Positions 28,696 to 41,493 are shown, numbered from the stretch's first letter. The stretch is DNA of 53,544 bases from Candidatus Moraniibacteriota bacterium (GCA_037201605.1 JBBCGM010000003.1:1-53544); one strand, 5' to 3'. The notes: generated by a model from the letters alone, not told the origin. Program-made: numbers and translations.

Positions 28696-29961
28696 ATGCT
28701 TGTCTTTTCTGCCAAGAATCGCCGCGCTCTCTGGTTCGCCTTCAAAAGCGCTCGCTCGCATCTGGGACGGACCGGGCTTTCTCTTCTCGGTGTCGTGATC
28801 GGCGTCTTATCGGTAGTGGTGGTGATGGCGCTCGGCGATGGAGTAAAGGATTTCGTGTCTGGCCAAGTGGACACGTTCGGGGCCGATGTTATCCAAATCG
28901 AAGTCAAAGTGCCGAGCACTGGGAAATACTCGACTGCCAATGCGGGAAGCCAAGCGCAAGGCGTGCGCATTACGACGCTTACGCTTGATGACGAAGAAGC
29001 GATTGAGAAACTCCCGAATATCGAAGCGGCCTATGGCGGCTCGCTCGGGGCTGCACGTGCGACGCTTGGCAGTACCGGCAAGCAAGTTCTTCTTTTCGGT
29101 ACGGGGCCGGATGCGCCCAAAGTGGATCTGAACCTGCGCCTCGAGCAAGGCCGCTTCTTTACGCGGGAGGAAGATGAAGGCCAGGCTCGGGTAGTGGTAT
29201 TGGGAAGCGAAACCAAAGAAACGTTCTTCGGCGACCGTGAGGCCATCGGGGAATCTATTACGCTCAAAGGCGAGAAGTACCGAGTAGTCGGTATTTTAGC
29301 TTCACGCGGGACAGCTGGTTTTTTCAATCTCGATGCCGTTACCTACGTGCCTATCCAGACGCTGCAAAAGAAAATCCTGGGCGTTGATTACCTCCAGTTC
29401 GTTTCTGCACGCATGGCCGATGCGGACCAGGAAACCCGTACCGTGTTGGACTTGGAGAGTCTCATGCGCCGGGAGCATGACATTGATGATCCGGCCAAGG
29501 ATGACTTTTCGGTCACTTCAACCCGCGAAGCCAAGGAGACTATCAATACCGTACTGGGGGGACTGACCATCCTTCTTATTGCGCTCACCTCTATTTCGCT
29601 CGTCGTAGGCGGTGTGGGCATTATGAACGTCATGTACGTATCGGTGACCGAACGCACGAGCGAAATCGGCCTCCGCAAGGCGCTGGGGGCCACCTCTTCC
29701 GATATTCTTCGCCAATTCTTGGCGGAAGCCCTTCTGGTGACGCTGGCCGGAGGCATACTGGGTATTCTGCTCGGGGTAGGACTTTCCTTTGTTGCAACGC
29801 TTATCATCGGTCACTTCGGCTATCCCTTCACGTTACCGCTCTCGCCCGCTTCGCTTCTTGTGGGTGCACTCTTTTCGATTGTTGTCGGAGTTGCTTTCGG
29901 TCTTGCTCCTGCAGCCCGGGCAGCGCGACTCTCGCCTATGGAAGCCCTGCGGAGGGAGTAA
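28696..29961 (+). CDS. FtsX/MacB-type ABC transporter permease
   Basis: Intact 421-aa ORF: TM1, large periplasmic domain, SLVVGGVGIMNVMYVSVTERTSEIGLRKALGA, three C-terminal TMs. Confidence 0.85.
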   Translation: MLVFSAKNRRALWFAFKSARSHLGRTGLSLLGVVIGVLSVVVVMALGDGVKDFVSGQVDTFGADVIQIEVKVPSTGKYSTANAGSQAQGVRITTLTLDDEEAIEKLPNIEAAYGGSLGAARATLGSTGKQVLLFGTGPDAPKVDLNLRLEQGRFFTREEDEGQARVVVLGSETKETFFGDREAIGESITLKGEKYRVVGILASRGTAGFFNLDAVTYVPIQTLQKKILGVDYLQFVSARMADADQETRTVLDLESLMRREHDIDDPAKDDFSVTSTREAKETINTVLGGLTILLIALTSISLVVGGVGIMNVMYVSVTERTSEIGLRKALGATSSDILRQFLAEALLVTLAGGILGILLGVGLSFVATLIIGHFGYPFTLPLSPASLLVGALFSIVVGVAFGLAPAARAARLSPMEALRRE

Positions 29962-29997
29962 GGTGCTTTTTCGCCGAAACTCGTGTAGGCTAGAGGA

Positions 29998-30512
29998 ATG
30001 AAACTGCCCGTTTGGAAACCCCTCTATCTTTTTTTGCGCCTTTTCGGCTTGCCCGTCGTTTGGGAAACTTCGGTCGGTGCCGTAGTGTTTCGCTCCGAAG
30101 GCGCCAAAAGGCTCTATTTGCTTCTCCATTACCCTTCCGGCCACTATGACTTTGCCAAAGGCCACATCGAAGACGGTGAGACAGAGGAAATGACACTTCG
30201 GCGCGAAACCGAAGAGGAAACCGGTATTACTGAGCTCAAAGTTTCTCCTAGGCGTGTCAGCATTTCCTATTTCTACACCGCCAAAGGTAACGAACGCGCC
30301 CGGCGCATAAGCGAGAAGAGAGGTATCTGGATTTTCAAGACGTCCATTTTTATCCGGCCGAGACTCCCCAAAAAGAGATACGCCTTTCCCATGAGCACCG
30401 TGGCTTCCTCTGGCTCCCGTACCGCGAGGCGTTGGAGAAAGTAACTTTCGAGAATGCTCGCAAAGTGCTCTCGGAAACAGAGGGCTTTCTTTCAGGGGGA
30501 CGCCACGCCTAA
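29998..30512 (+). pseudogene. NUDIX hydrolase (Ap4A-hydrolase-like), one frameshift
   Basis: Nudix box GHIEDGETEEMTLRRETEEETGI. C-terminus rebuilt as ...HRGFLWLPYREALEKVTF... Confidence 0.75.
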
Positions 30513-30602
30513 GAAGAAACTACAACATCCTCTCTTGAATACAGATTCACCTCTTGATTCTAAGAGCTCTTTGTGGTATTCTTTTTATTCAGAATATTCG
30601 CT

Positions 30603-32237
30603 ATGCTGACCGTCAAAAACATCCGCAAGAACCAGGGAGGCGAGACCGTCTTGAAGAAGGTCTCTTTTTCCATTGGAGAGGGTCAGAAAGTGGCGCTCGT
30701 AGGAGAGAATGGCGTAGGCAAATCCACGCTCCTCTCTATTCTGGCAGGTGTCGAGACAGCCGACCGTGGCCAGATCCTTTTGCCTAACCGGGTTCTGATC
30801 GGCTTTTTAGCACAAGAAATACTAGCTGAGAGTACGGAGACGCTCAACGCCTACCTGCGCCGCGCCGCCGGCCTCACGGCTCTCGAAGAAGAAATGGAGA
30901 GTTTGCGTCCCCATTTGCCCGAGCCGCATGCCCAAGAGCGTTTCGACCGAGCCTTAGCGTCCTATGAACGCCTCGGTGGGCATGAATTCGGCAAGCGTTC
31001 CCATCGCGTACTCCAGGGATTGCATGTCAAAGATCTTGGGTCCGATCGAGTGGTAGATACTCTTTCCGGCGGCGAACGGCGCAAAGTGGCGCTGGCCGGA
31101 GCCCTTCTTTCCGGTGCTGACTTGCTCTTGCTCGACGAACCGACCAACAATCTTGACGCCCCAGCCCTCAAGTGGCTGGAGGGATTTTTGCATACTTCCA
31201 AAGCAACCGTATTGGTGGCTTCTCATGACCGTACCTTCCTCGATGCCGTCGTTACCAAAGTGCTCGAGATCGACCGTGCCAAGCGTGAAACGACTATGCA
31301 TAACGGCAACTGGAGCAACCTACGATGAAACCAAGCGCCACCGCCTACGCCGCCATCGCGAGGAATACAATCGTCAAGAAGTCGAAAAGCGCCGCCTGTT
31401 CGGGAGCGGCGAAGAAAAGCGCGATTGGGCCGAGAAGGTGTGGGATCAGCCTGCTCCCGATACCGACAAGCTCGCTTCTCACTACAAGAAGGAGCGCGCG
31501 GCCAAGAAGTTCAGCGCCTCAGCTCGCGCGCTCGAAGGACGCGCCAAGCGTCACGATCGTATCGATGCGCCCTATGAGCGAATGCCACTGGTGCTTGATT
31601 TCGGCGCCGAGGCACTTGCAGGCAAAGCAGTCGTGAGCGGCAAGAAACTGGTTTGCGGCTATCCGGAAGGCTTTCACACGACACCTCTTACCTTTGCTTT
31701 CAAAGCAGGGGAAAAAGTAGCGCTCCTCGGCGACAACGGCGCCGGCAAATCTACGCTCCTCGCAACGCTTACTGGCACTCTGGCGCCCCTTGCCGGAGAA
31801 CTTTTTATAAATGAAAAAGTCCGTTTCGGATTTTGAACCAAGAGCATGAGCGTCTGATCCAAAGCGAGCGCGATAAAGTCAGAAGCATCTTTCACAAAGC
31901 GCTTGCAGATACTCCTGATTTCGACCCAGAGCGTCTCCCGTTTGTTTTCCATGAAGCCCGCCTACCGCTCGATCTCCTCGACACGCCGCTCCGCTTCGTC
32001 AGTCCCGGCGAGCGCGTGCGCATCCTACTCCTGCTTCTCGTGCTGAGGCGCGTCAACTTCCTCATTCTTGACGAACCTACTAATCATCTGGATCTTGAGG
32101 CTATCGAATCTCTGGAAGAGGCGCTCAACGCTTTTCCGGGCAATATTCTGCTTGTGAGCCACGACCGCCGCTTCCTAGAGTCGGTACATATCGACCGCAC
32201 TTTGGTAATGGAAGAGGGGAAATTTTCCAAGGAATAA
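30603..32237 (+). pseudogene. ABC-F family ATPase (two ABC domains, no TMD), two frameshifts
   Basis: GENGVGKST and GDNGAGKST Walker A motifs, LSGGERRKVALA signature, charged inter-domain linker. Confidence 0.8.
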
Positions 32238-32254
32238 CTTTTTGGCTCAGAAAT

Positions 32255-32284
32255 TTGCTTAGATAAGGGCTTTTCGGGTATACT
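32255..32284 (+). promoter_or_regulatory. Possible promoter giving a leaderless or near-leaderless secD mRNA
   Basis: TTGCTT, 18-nt spacer, TATACT ending 6 nt before the secD ATG. No Shine-Dalgarno is visible. Confidence 0.35.
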
Positions 32285-32290
32285 TGGCCC

Positions 32291-33972
32291 ATGAAAAAGC
32301 AGTCAAAACTCCGCCTGAAATTCGGCGGTGTCCTCTTGCTGGCTCTTATCTCAGCCATCCTGAGCTTTCCACATCTCGTCGGCTTTATCCCCCCTCTTTC
32401 CCGGGCGATTAGCGGTTTGCATATAAACCGCGGTCTGGATCTGCAGGGCGGTATTCATTTGGAATACGCGGCCGATCTCAAAGACATTCCTTCGGAAAGG
32501 TGGATGACGCTATGGCCGCAGCGGAAGCTGTCATTGAGCGGCGCGTGAACGCGTTCGGCGTGGGCGAACCGCTCGTGCAGCAATCGCGCTCCGGATCGGA
32601 GCGTCGTATTATCGTGGAGCTGCCCGGCGTCAAGGATATCGAGCAGGCCAAAGAAATGATCAAGGAAACGCCGTTCCTGGAATTCCGCGAGCCGGCCGGC
32701 CCTGAGGTGCAAAAACAGATTGACGACTACAATGCCGAAACCAAGAAGAAAGCCGAAGAACTTTTGAAGCAGGCCAAGAGCGGCGCTGATTTCGCCCAGT
32801 TTGCCAAAGACAACAGCGAGGATCCCGGCTCCAAAGACCAGGGAGGGGAACTTGATTTTTCCAAAAAAGGCGCTTTCGTACCCGCATTCGACGCGGCGGT
32901 CTTCAGCGATAACTTTCCGAAAGGATCGGTGTATCCGGAACTCGTCGAATCCGATTTCGGTTGGCACATCATCAAAAAGATTGATGAACGGGGCGAGGGC
33001 GATAATCGTGAGGTAAAAGCGGCCCATATTCTGCTTACCAAGCGCTCGCTCAATGATTCGCCTCTCCTGGCTTACCAGCCGACCGGCCTTTCGGAAAAAA
33101 CCTCAAGACGCGTATGTTGATTACCAGACCCAGGGTGTCGGGTCACCGCAGATAGCGCTCCAGTTCGATGAAGAGGGGACGAAGCTCTTTGCCGACATTA
33201 CCAAGCGCAACGTGGGCAAGCCGGTCGCTATTTTCCTCGACAATGAACCGATCACTATTCCGACCATTCAGCAGGAAATCGTAAACGGCCAGGCGGTCAT
33301 TACCGGCGATTACACCTTGCCGGAAGCCAATGACTTAGTGAAGCGCCTAAACGAAGGTGCGCTTCCTGTACCGATTGAGTTGGTCGGCCAGCAGAGCGTG
33401 GATGCTTCTTTAGGGGAAGTGGCGCTCCAGCACAGCTTGCGAGCGGGACTTATCGGGCTTATTGCGGTAGCCGTCTTTATGCTCATCTATTACCGCTTTC
33501 TCGGCCTCATTGCGGTTTGGCGCTCCTTCTTTACACCGCTTTGCTATTTTCTATTTTCCGGCTCTCGGCGCTCACGCCTTTTCCTATTACCGTTACGCTC
33601 TCGGGTATTGCGGGCTTCATTCTTTCTATTGGCATTGCTGTAGATGCCAACGTCCTGATTTTCGAGCGCACGCGCGAAGAGCTCTCCTATGGCAAAGGGG
33701 CTATCAAATCCATCAAGGAGGGTTTCCGGCGCGCCTGGCCCTCGATCCGTGACGGCCATGTCTCGACGCTTATCACCACCTTCATCTTAGTCGGGTTCGG
33801 AACCGGCTTCGTAAAGGGCTTTGCCTTGATTCTGGCGCTGGGCGTTCTGCTCTCGCTTTTTACGGCAGTAGTCATCGTGCGTGTTACCATGGAATTTCTC
33901 GTGAGCGATTGGATGGAACGCCACCCGAAGGTGCTCGTCACTCCCAAGAAACCGCTCCCCAAAGAAGACTAA
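32291..33972 (+). pseudogene. secD: Protein translocase subunit SecD, three frameshifts
   Basis: N-terminal TM, periplasmic domain containing a PpiC-like insert, C-terminal 5-TM bundle (GIAGFILSIGIAVDANVLIFER). Confidence 0.85.
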
Positions 33973-33976
33973 GCAT

Positions 33977-34925
33977 ATGCTCCAAATCATCCAAAAAAGA
34001 ATATACGCATACGCCTTCTCCATCCTGGTGACGCTTGTGAGCATCGTGGTGCTTTTTCTGTGGGGACTGAACTTTGGAATCGATTTCCGCGGAGGAACGC
34101 TTATGGAAGTGCGCTTTGCCCTGAGTCCCGTGCCGGAAGTGCAAACCCTCGGCGCAGCGCTTGCCCCGCTTGACCTCAAGAGCCTTACTATCCAGCCTAC
34201 GGCGGAGGGACGGTCCTGCTTCGCTATTTGGCTTCCGATGAATCAGCGAACCAAAGCGTTTTGGAGAAACTCAAAGGCATTGACCCAGCGGTGACCCAGC
34301 TGCGCACGGACTTTATTGGCGGATCAGTATCTGACCAAATTGAACGCCATGCTATCCAAGGCACGATTCTCTCGATTATTGCTATCGCTCTCTATATTGC
34401 ATGGGCATTCGCGGGGTATCAGGGACCGTTACTTCGTGGGAGTACGGTCTCGGTGCAGTTATCGCGCTTGCGCATGACCTCATCATCACGCTCGGAGTAT
34501 TTGCGGTGCTCGGCCACTTTTACGATGTAGAGGTAGGCGTGCCGTTTATTGCGGCGCTGCTTACTATCTTGGGTTACTCTGTCAACGACACGATCGTGGT
34601 CTATGACCGCGTGCGTGAGAATCTCCAGCGCACCGGGCGCAAAGTCTCTTTTGAGAATCTGGTCAATCGTTCGCTCAACGAAACCCTGGGCCGATCCATC
34701 AACACTTCCATGACCGTTATCATTACCCTCATCGCTATCGTGATCTTCGGCGGCGAGAGCATACGTTATTTCGGCGTCGCGCTCCTGGTTGGCGTCGCCT
34801 TCGGAACCTACTCCTCGGTCTATATCGCTTCCGCTCTCCTGGTGACGCGCTATACTATGAAAGAACGAGCGAGAAAAGGCGAGCCGGGCCTCTGGTCTCA
34901 ACTTCGTGCCCGCCTGCCCTTCTAA
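33977..34925 (+). pseudogene. secF: Protein translocase subunit SecF, two frameshifts
   Basis: GIDFRGGT motif and LTILGYSVNDTIVVYDRVREN. Confidence 0.85.
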
Positions 34926-34946
34926 CTGTTATTTTTTCCGTTGCGT

Positions 34947-35249
34947 ATGTGGAATCCTTTTACCAAGAATCCCGAAAAAGCCGAAGAGGAAGAAGATGAG
35001 CTAGCGAAGCTTGCTGCCATGCCAGGGATGCCTGATACGAAAGACATGGGCGTGCTTCAGAAGTTTGCCATGAAACGTTTAGCCAAAATGAGTCCGGAAG
35101 AGCGCCAGAAGACGATGCAAAAAGCCATGACGCCTAAAAATATTGCCAAGCACAAGGATGAGATCATTAGTTCGCTCGAGGCTATGCGCAAGTCGGGTCA
35201 GATCTCGGATGACCAGTATCGCCTCGCCAAAAAGCGTTTCGGATTGTAA
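34947..35249 (+). CDS. Small charged protein, unknown function
   Basis: About 100-aa Lys/Glu-rich ORF with no TM, directly after secF. The ORF track starts it at TTG 34941. Confidence 0.4.
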   Translation: MWNPFTKNPEKAEEEEDELAKLAAMPGMPDTKDMGVLQKFAMKRLAKMSPEERQKTMQKAMTPKNIAKHKDEIISSLEAMRKSGQISDDQYRLAKKRFGL

Positions 35250-35255
35250 AGCGCC

Positions 35256-35694
35256 ATGGGAACGCATCTCCCCATCGCTATTGTCGCCTCATACCTCTTG
35301 CTGATTCGAGAAGGCAAAGTGCTGCTCGCCAAGCGTATCAATACCGGCTATTGGGACGATTACTACGGGGTGCCAGCCGGGCATGGAGAAGAGGGTGAAT
35401 CTTTTTCCGCCACGCTTATCCGAGAGATTGAAGAAGAAATAGGGGTCCGTCTGGACAAAGAAAATATCAAACCGGTCCATATCATTCATCGGAAAGGGGA
35501 AGACGGGTCTCTGCGTATCGAAGCATTTTTACAGCTGATGAGTGGACGGGGGATATCGAAAATAAGGAGCCTGAGAAATGCAGCGAGCTTAATTGGTTTC
35601 CCTTAACCGCCCTGCCTGAGAATACCATTCCCTATATTCGGCAGACGCTTCAGTGCATAAGTCAGGAATCTGGTATCGTGAAGAAGGCTGGTAA
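35256..35694 (+). pseudogene. NUDIX hydrolase (MutT-like), frameshifted
   Basis: Nudix box GHGEEGESFSATLIREIEEEIGV. Likely native C-terminus ...SGIWYREEGW, stop at 35692-35694. Confidence 0.7.
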
Positions 35695-35701
35695 AAAACC
35701 T

Positions 35702-36868
35702 ATGGAAAATAAGGAACAAAAAATTGAAGAGCTCTTGAGCCGCGGCGTCGCCGAGGTGATTGATCGTGAGCATTTGAAGGCGCGCCTGCTTTCCGGAGAC
35801 AAGCTCCGCGTAAAGCTTGGCATTGATCCGACGAGTCCTAATCTGCATCTGGGGCGCTCCATTCCGCTTTTGAAGCTCCGCGACTTCCAGGAGCTTGGCC
35901 ATACGGCAGTTTTTATCGTTGGTGATGAGACCGGCAGGATTGGAGATACTTCAGATAAAGAATCTGAACGCCCCATGCTTTCCGAAGAGCAAATAAAGGA
36001 GAATATGCAGACGTACCTAGATCAGGCTTACAAGATCCTTGATAAAGAGAAAACGGAAACTCATTATAATTCGGAGTGGCTCTCAAGGTTGGGCCTTATG
36101 GAACTTGCCAGAATAGCCAATCTTTTTAGCGTGAAAGAATTTGCCTCACGCGAGGTCATAGCGCGGCGCTTGGATGCAGGACAACGAGTTTCTTTTCACG
36201 AAATGATGTACCCTCTTTTCCCAAGGATACGACAGTGTGGCCGTAAAGGCTGACGTAGAGCTTGGCGGGACTGATCAGCGCTTCAATCTGTTGGCTGGTC
36301 GTCATGTCCAGCCAATGTACCATCAGGAGCCCCAAGACATTATGATGACCAACCTGATCCTTGGTACGGACGGGCGCAAGATGAGCTCGAGCTGGGCCAA
36401 TACCATCAACCTGACCGAAGCTCCCAACGATATGTTTGGCAAGGCAATGGGCATACCGGACGAGTTGATCGAATCCTATCTGATCCACTGCACGCGTATC
36501 CCATTGGAAGAAGTAAAAAGTGTCGTGGCTTTGCCGCCCCGCGATGCCAAGCTCTTTTTGGCAGAAGCATTGGTGACGCTCTACCACGGAGCCGACGCGG
36601 CTCAAGCAGCCAAAGAATACTTATTACCACTTTCAGTGAAAAAAAGGTGCCTGAGCAAGTGCCGGAAGTCAAAATCTCTTCAGAGATGCCACTTATCGAT
36701 GTTTTGGTAACGGCAGGGCTTGCTGAGAGCAAGAGCGACGCTCGGCGTAAAATCGAACAGGGAGGGGTATCTATCGAGGGAGAGAAGCTCAGTGATCCAG
36801 AAATGACCCTTCCTTCCGGTACCATACTCAAAGTTGGCAAGAAGGATTTTATCAAAGTCGTTTTCTAG
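35702..36868 (+). pseudogene. tyrS: Tyrosyl-tRNA synthetase, two frameshifts
   Basis: HIGH-like PNLHLGR, KMSKS-like RKMSSS, C-terminal S4 domain (ESKSDARRKIEQGGVSIEG). Confidence 0.85.
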
Positions 36869-36907
36869 TTTTTTGGAGAGCCTGCGTTTTCCGTTTAGAA
36901 TGAAACC

Positions 36908-37956
36908 ATGTCGCATCCCGAAGATCTTTTGGTAACCCAAGCCCTTGAGGCCCTCGGCTCCATAGCGGACCAGCAGGCGCTTGCTTTGTGGCAGCAGCAA
37001 TATCTGGGCCGCAAGAGTGAGATCGCTTCACGCTTCTCGGCCTTAAAGACGCTCCGGCCCGAAGCCCGTGGCCGTGAAGGCGCTGCTCTGCAGAAAGCGC
37101 GTACAGTGCTTCAGGAAGCTTTTTCCGTACGGGAGCAAGAACTGGCTTTCGGGACTACGACTTCCGAAGACGCTATCCCTTTCGATGTTACGGCACCTGG
37201 AACGCCGGTATCTACCGGTCATCTGCACCCCATCACACTCCTTGAAGAGCGGGTGGAAGAAATCTTCGGATCTCTCGGCTTTGATATGTACGACGGGCCA
37301 GAGCTTGAGACCGAACACTACAATTTTGATGCCCTGAACTTTCCGCCTGATCATCCGGCCCGCGATATGCAGGACACGTTTTGGGTCAAAGCACATGCCA
37401 AAAAGGCTAAGAAAGGCGAACGACTCCTTTTGCGTACCCACACCTCGCCCGGCCAGGTACGTTATATGGAGCGCCACAAACCGCCGCTCCGCGTCGTGGT
37501 GCCGGGTCGCGTATTCCGCAATGAGGCAACCGATGCTTCTCATGAACACACATTCCATCAGTTCGAATGCCTCATGGTGGACGAGGCGGGTATCGTGACC
37601 GTTGCTACATTCAAGCACTTGGCAGGACTCTTTTTCGAGCAGTTTTTCGGTCGTAAGGTAAGTGTGCGCTTGCGTCCAAGCTTTTTCCCCTTCACCGAAC
37701 CCTCTTTGAATTTGATATTACCTGCGTGCTCTGCGGCGGTAAGGGCTGTGCTGCCTGCAAGAAGACTGGCTGGCTCGAGATCGGCGGGGCCGGCATGGTC
37801 AATCAGCATGTGTTTGAAGCAGCCGGCTATCCGCGCGGCAAATACCAGGGCTTTGCCTGGGGTTTCGGCCTGACGAGACTTGCCATGATGAAATACCGTA
37901 TTACCGATATCCGGCTGCTCATGAGCGGCGATCTTCATTTTCTCAAGCAGTTCTAG
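36908..37956 (+). pseudogene. pheS: Phenylalanyl-tRNA synthetase alpha subunit, one frameshift
   Basis: HPARDMQDTFW, RTHTSPGQVR and FFPFTEPS motifs. Confidence 0.88.
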
Positions 37957-37959
37957 AGT

Positions 37960-40350
37960 ATGAAATTCAGCTACCATTGGCTTAAAGAGCTCTCCGGCAC
38001 CCGCAAATCACCCGACCAACTGGCGCGCTTGCTTATGATGCGCGCTTTCGAAGTGGAGTCGGTCGAGCGCGGGGAGCTTACTTTGGAGAATCTTGTTATC
38101 GGCGAAATCGTGGCGCTCGAACAGCACCCTAATGCAGACCGTTTGAAAATCGCAACCGTCCATACGAAGGGGGAAGACCGCCATGTGATTGTCTGCGGCG
38201 CCCCGAACCAAAAAGTAGTCGTCGCGCTTCCTGGAACAATTCTGCCGGGTGACATGAAGATCGAAGAGGCGAGCTTGCGGGGAGTAGTGTCCCAAGGGAT
38301 GCTTTGCTCCGAGCGCGAACTGGGCCTGGGTGATCGTCACGAAGGCATCTTGGTTTTGCCTGCAGACGCGCCGCGCGGAGCCCTGTTTGCCAAGCACTAC
38401 GGTATTGCCGACGCCGTGCTCGATATCAAAGTTCTGCCGGATCGCGGCTCTGACGCGCTTTCCTACCAGGGAATGGCCCGCGAGATCGCGGCTCTCGACG
38501 GCTATGCCCCCCGCTTTGCCGAAGCAGAAAAGAAACGTTTGCGCATTCCGGCGTATAATCGCGCTCCCAGGGTCGCAATTGCTGACAAGACGGCCTGCGT
38601 CAGATACCTAGGCCTCTCTATCAAGGGCGTCCGCGTGACACCATCGCCCTTCTGGCTTTTCCTCCGTCTTTTCCAATCAGGAAAAATCTCTCGCAACAAC
38701 GTAGTCGATCTGACCAACTACCTGATGCTTCTTACCGGCCAGCCCCTCCATGCGTTTGATGCCGACAAGCTTTCCGGAGGCATTGCTGTCCGGCGCGCCA
38801 AGAAAGGGGAGCGTCTCAAGCTGCTTTCCGGTGAAACCATTCGTCTTCATCCAGAAGACATCGTTATTGCTGATCAGAAACGCGCGCTCGCTCTTGCCGG
38901 CATCATGGGCGGAGAATCTTCGGCCGTGAGCGACAAGACCGAAAATATCTTCCTGGAACTGGCGGTCTTTGATCCCGCTTCCATTCGCCGCAGCCGTGTG
39001 CGCCATGGGCCTTATGACGGATGCGAGCTACCGCTACGAGCGCGGCCTTGATCCCAATCTGCCAGGAGAAGTTGCGCCCCTTGCAGCCGAGCTCTTTACG
39101 GGCGTTTCTGGAGGCAAGCTGCTCGGTCTCCGGGATCTTTACCTGAAAAAACCGCTCGCCCGCCGCATCAAGCTCGATCTTCTCCGCGTTGAACAGGTAC
39201 TGGGCGAGAAAGTCCCTCTTTTTGAAGGTGGTGAAGCTCCTTGCCCTTCTGGGTCTCAAAGTGAAAAAGAAGGCGTCTCTTGCCGTGCTCGAGGTGACGG
39301 TGCCAACGCGCCGGCCCGATCTGCGCGACGAATGGGATCTGATTGAGGAAATCGGCCGTATGCGCGGCTATGAGAAGATTCTGCCGGCTATTCCATTGCT
39401 TCCTCCGACGAAGCACTTTCCCTCTACCCGTACACGCGAACGGGATCTCAAGAAACTCTCGGCTCATCTCGGTTTTTCCGAGGCACTGACCTATTCCTTC
39501 TACAGTATGCCGGAAGCGCAAGCCTTCGGTCTCAAGCCGAAAGCTCATCTCGAGCTAGAGAATCCTATGAATCCCGATCAGGCTCTTTTGCGCCGTACGC
39601 TGCTCGTCAATCTGCTCCGTACTGCTGCCGAAAACGCCCGCGCTTTTGACAGCGTCGCGCTCTTCGAAATCGGCAGTGTTTTTGGGGAGGGGAGTAGCCA
39701 AAAATAAGAAACTGCTCGAAGAGAAGCGCACGGCTTGGGTAGAAGTGTATGAGTCTGGGCGCCAAGCCTCGAGCCCATTCTTTCTCTTGAAGGGCAAACT
39801 TGAAGCCGCTCTTTCGGCGCTTGCGGCTGATCCTGCCGAGCGTGCCGATTTCGTCCCTCTTTCCAAGGATGAATTAGATGCCTATCCATTCCTCGATCCT
39901 GTTAAGAGCGCCAGTATTTCCCTTGCGGGGGAAAAACTCGGGGTCTTAGGTGAAGTGCGTGCTGCCGTGAGCCGTGAGCTGAAACTTGCTAAGCGGCCGG
40001 GTAGCCGTTTTTGAAGGCAAACTCTCGGCACTCCTTGCATTGGGGCGGGCCGAGCACTTCTACCGACCCGTCTCGCGCTTTCCGGTGGTACGTCGCGATA
40101 TCTCCTTTTCTTTTGCTCCCGATATGAGCGTGGGCCCGCGTGCAAGCACTTCTTTTGGAAGGCGCCGGCAGCCTTTTGAAAACCGTGACCCTCTTTGATA
40201 TCTATGCGGGGGGAAGGGGAGAAGAGTCTTGCTTTCCATCTCGAATTCGGTTCTGACGAGCGTACGCTTACCATGCAAGAAGTCGAGGAGGCGTTCCGGA
40301 AGATGGCCGACCATGTGACCGAGAAAACCCGCGGCCGCTTGCGATCCTAA
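37960..40350 (+). pseudogene. pheT: Phenylalanyl-tRNA synthetase beta subunit, at least 5 frameshifts
   Basis: N-terminal tRNA-binding domain (HPNADRL), then B3/4, B5 and anticodon-binding-like segments spread over six ORF frames. Confidence 0.85.
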
Positions 40351-40354
40351 GGCT

Positions 40355-41428
40355 ATGCGGATCGCCCTTGTCCATGATTATCTGGTCCAGTACGGCGGAG
40401 CAGAACGCGTGCTCGAGGCCTTTCGCGAACTCTATCCCCAGGCGCCGCTCTACACGCTTCTCTACGACCGGGAAAAAATGCACGGCAAATTCGCCGACGC
40501 CCGCATACACACCTCGTTTCTTCAGCGCCTGCCATTTTCCCGTACGCGCCACAGGCTCTTCCCCGCCCCTCATGCCGCTTGCTATCGAGCAGTTCGAGTT
40601 TGACCAGTACGATGTCGTGCTTTCCGATTCGTCAAGCTATGCCAAGGGCGTGATTACGGGTCCCGAGACGCTCCATATCTGCTATATGCATACGCCCATG
40701 CGCTATGCTTGGGATGACTGCCAGAAATACACGACCGATTTCGGTTTGCCGAGCTTTGTCAAACGCGCGGTGCCGTTCCTCATGAGCCCGATTCGTCTGT
40801 GGGGATTGGGCCTTCAGCTAAACGCATGGACCTGATCATTGCGAATTCCCGCTTCGTCGCGGGCCGCATCGCCAAGTATTACCGGCGCGATTCAACCATC
40901 ATCCATCCGCCGGTCAATGTAGAGGAATTTGCCGTAAGCGAGAAACGCGGGGACTACTTTCTCATGGTTGGGCGCCTCATGGCTTACAAGCGCCACGACA
41001 TCGCTATCAAGGCCTGTAATCGTCTCGGATTACCGCTGAAAATCATCGGCCGCGGGCCTGAATTTGAGCGCCTCAAGAAAATAGCCGGTCCGACGGTCGA
41101 ATTCCTCAGCCGCGTGCCGGATGAGGAACTCTCGCGCTACTATGCCGAGTGCCGCGCCTTTATCTTTCCCCAAGAGGAGGATTTCGGTATTGTGGCGATC
41201 GAAGCCATGGCATCCGGCCGTCCGCTTCTTGCCTATCGGGGCGGTGATATCGTTGAACATCTGCAGGAGGGCGTGACGGGCGAGTTTTTCGATGAGCAGA
41301 CGGTTGATTCCTTGACTGAAGCGCTCAAAACGTTCGTGCCTGAGTCCTATGATCCCGAAGCCATTCGGGCCCGATCGCTTGCTTTTGACAAGGAACGCTT
41401 TAAGGCTACAATAAGAGGACTATGTTGA
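40355..41428 (+). pseudogene. GT4 glycosyltransferase, copy 3, two frameshifts
   Basis: MRIALVHDYLVQYGGAERVLEA N-terminus and PQEEDFGIVAIEAMASGRP C-terminus. Confidence 0.8.
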
Positions 41429-41493
41429 ACGTGCCTTCCAGGCGCACGGGAAAAGCAGCAAACTTTCTGATCCTACCCCCTAAGAATTGCCGT

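Noticed and set aside
35256-36868. Apparent in-frame NUDIX-TyrRS fusion
   Set aside because: A 1-nt shift near 35655 restores a typical NUDIX C-terminus (...SGIWYREEGW, stop at 35692). TyrRS has its own ATG at 35702. The read-through is most likely another indel artefact.
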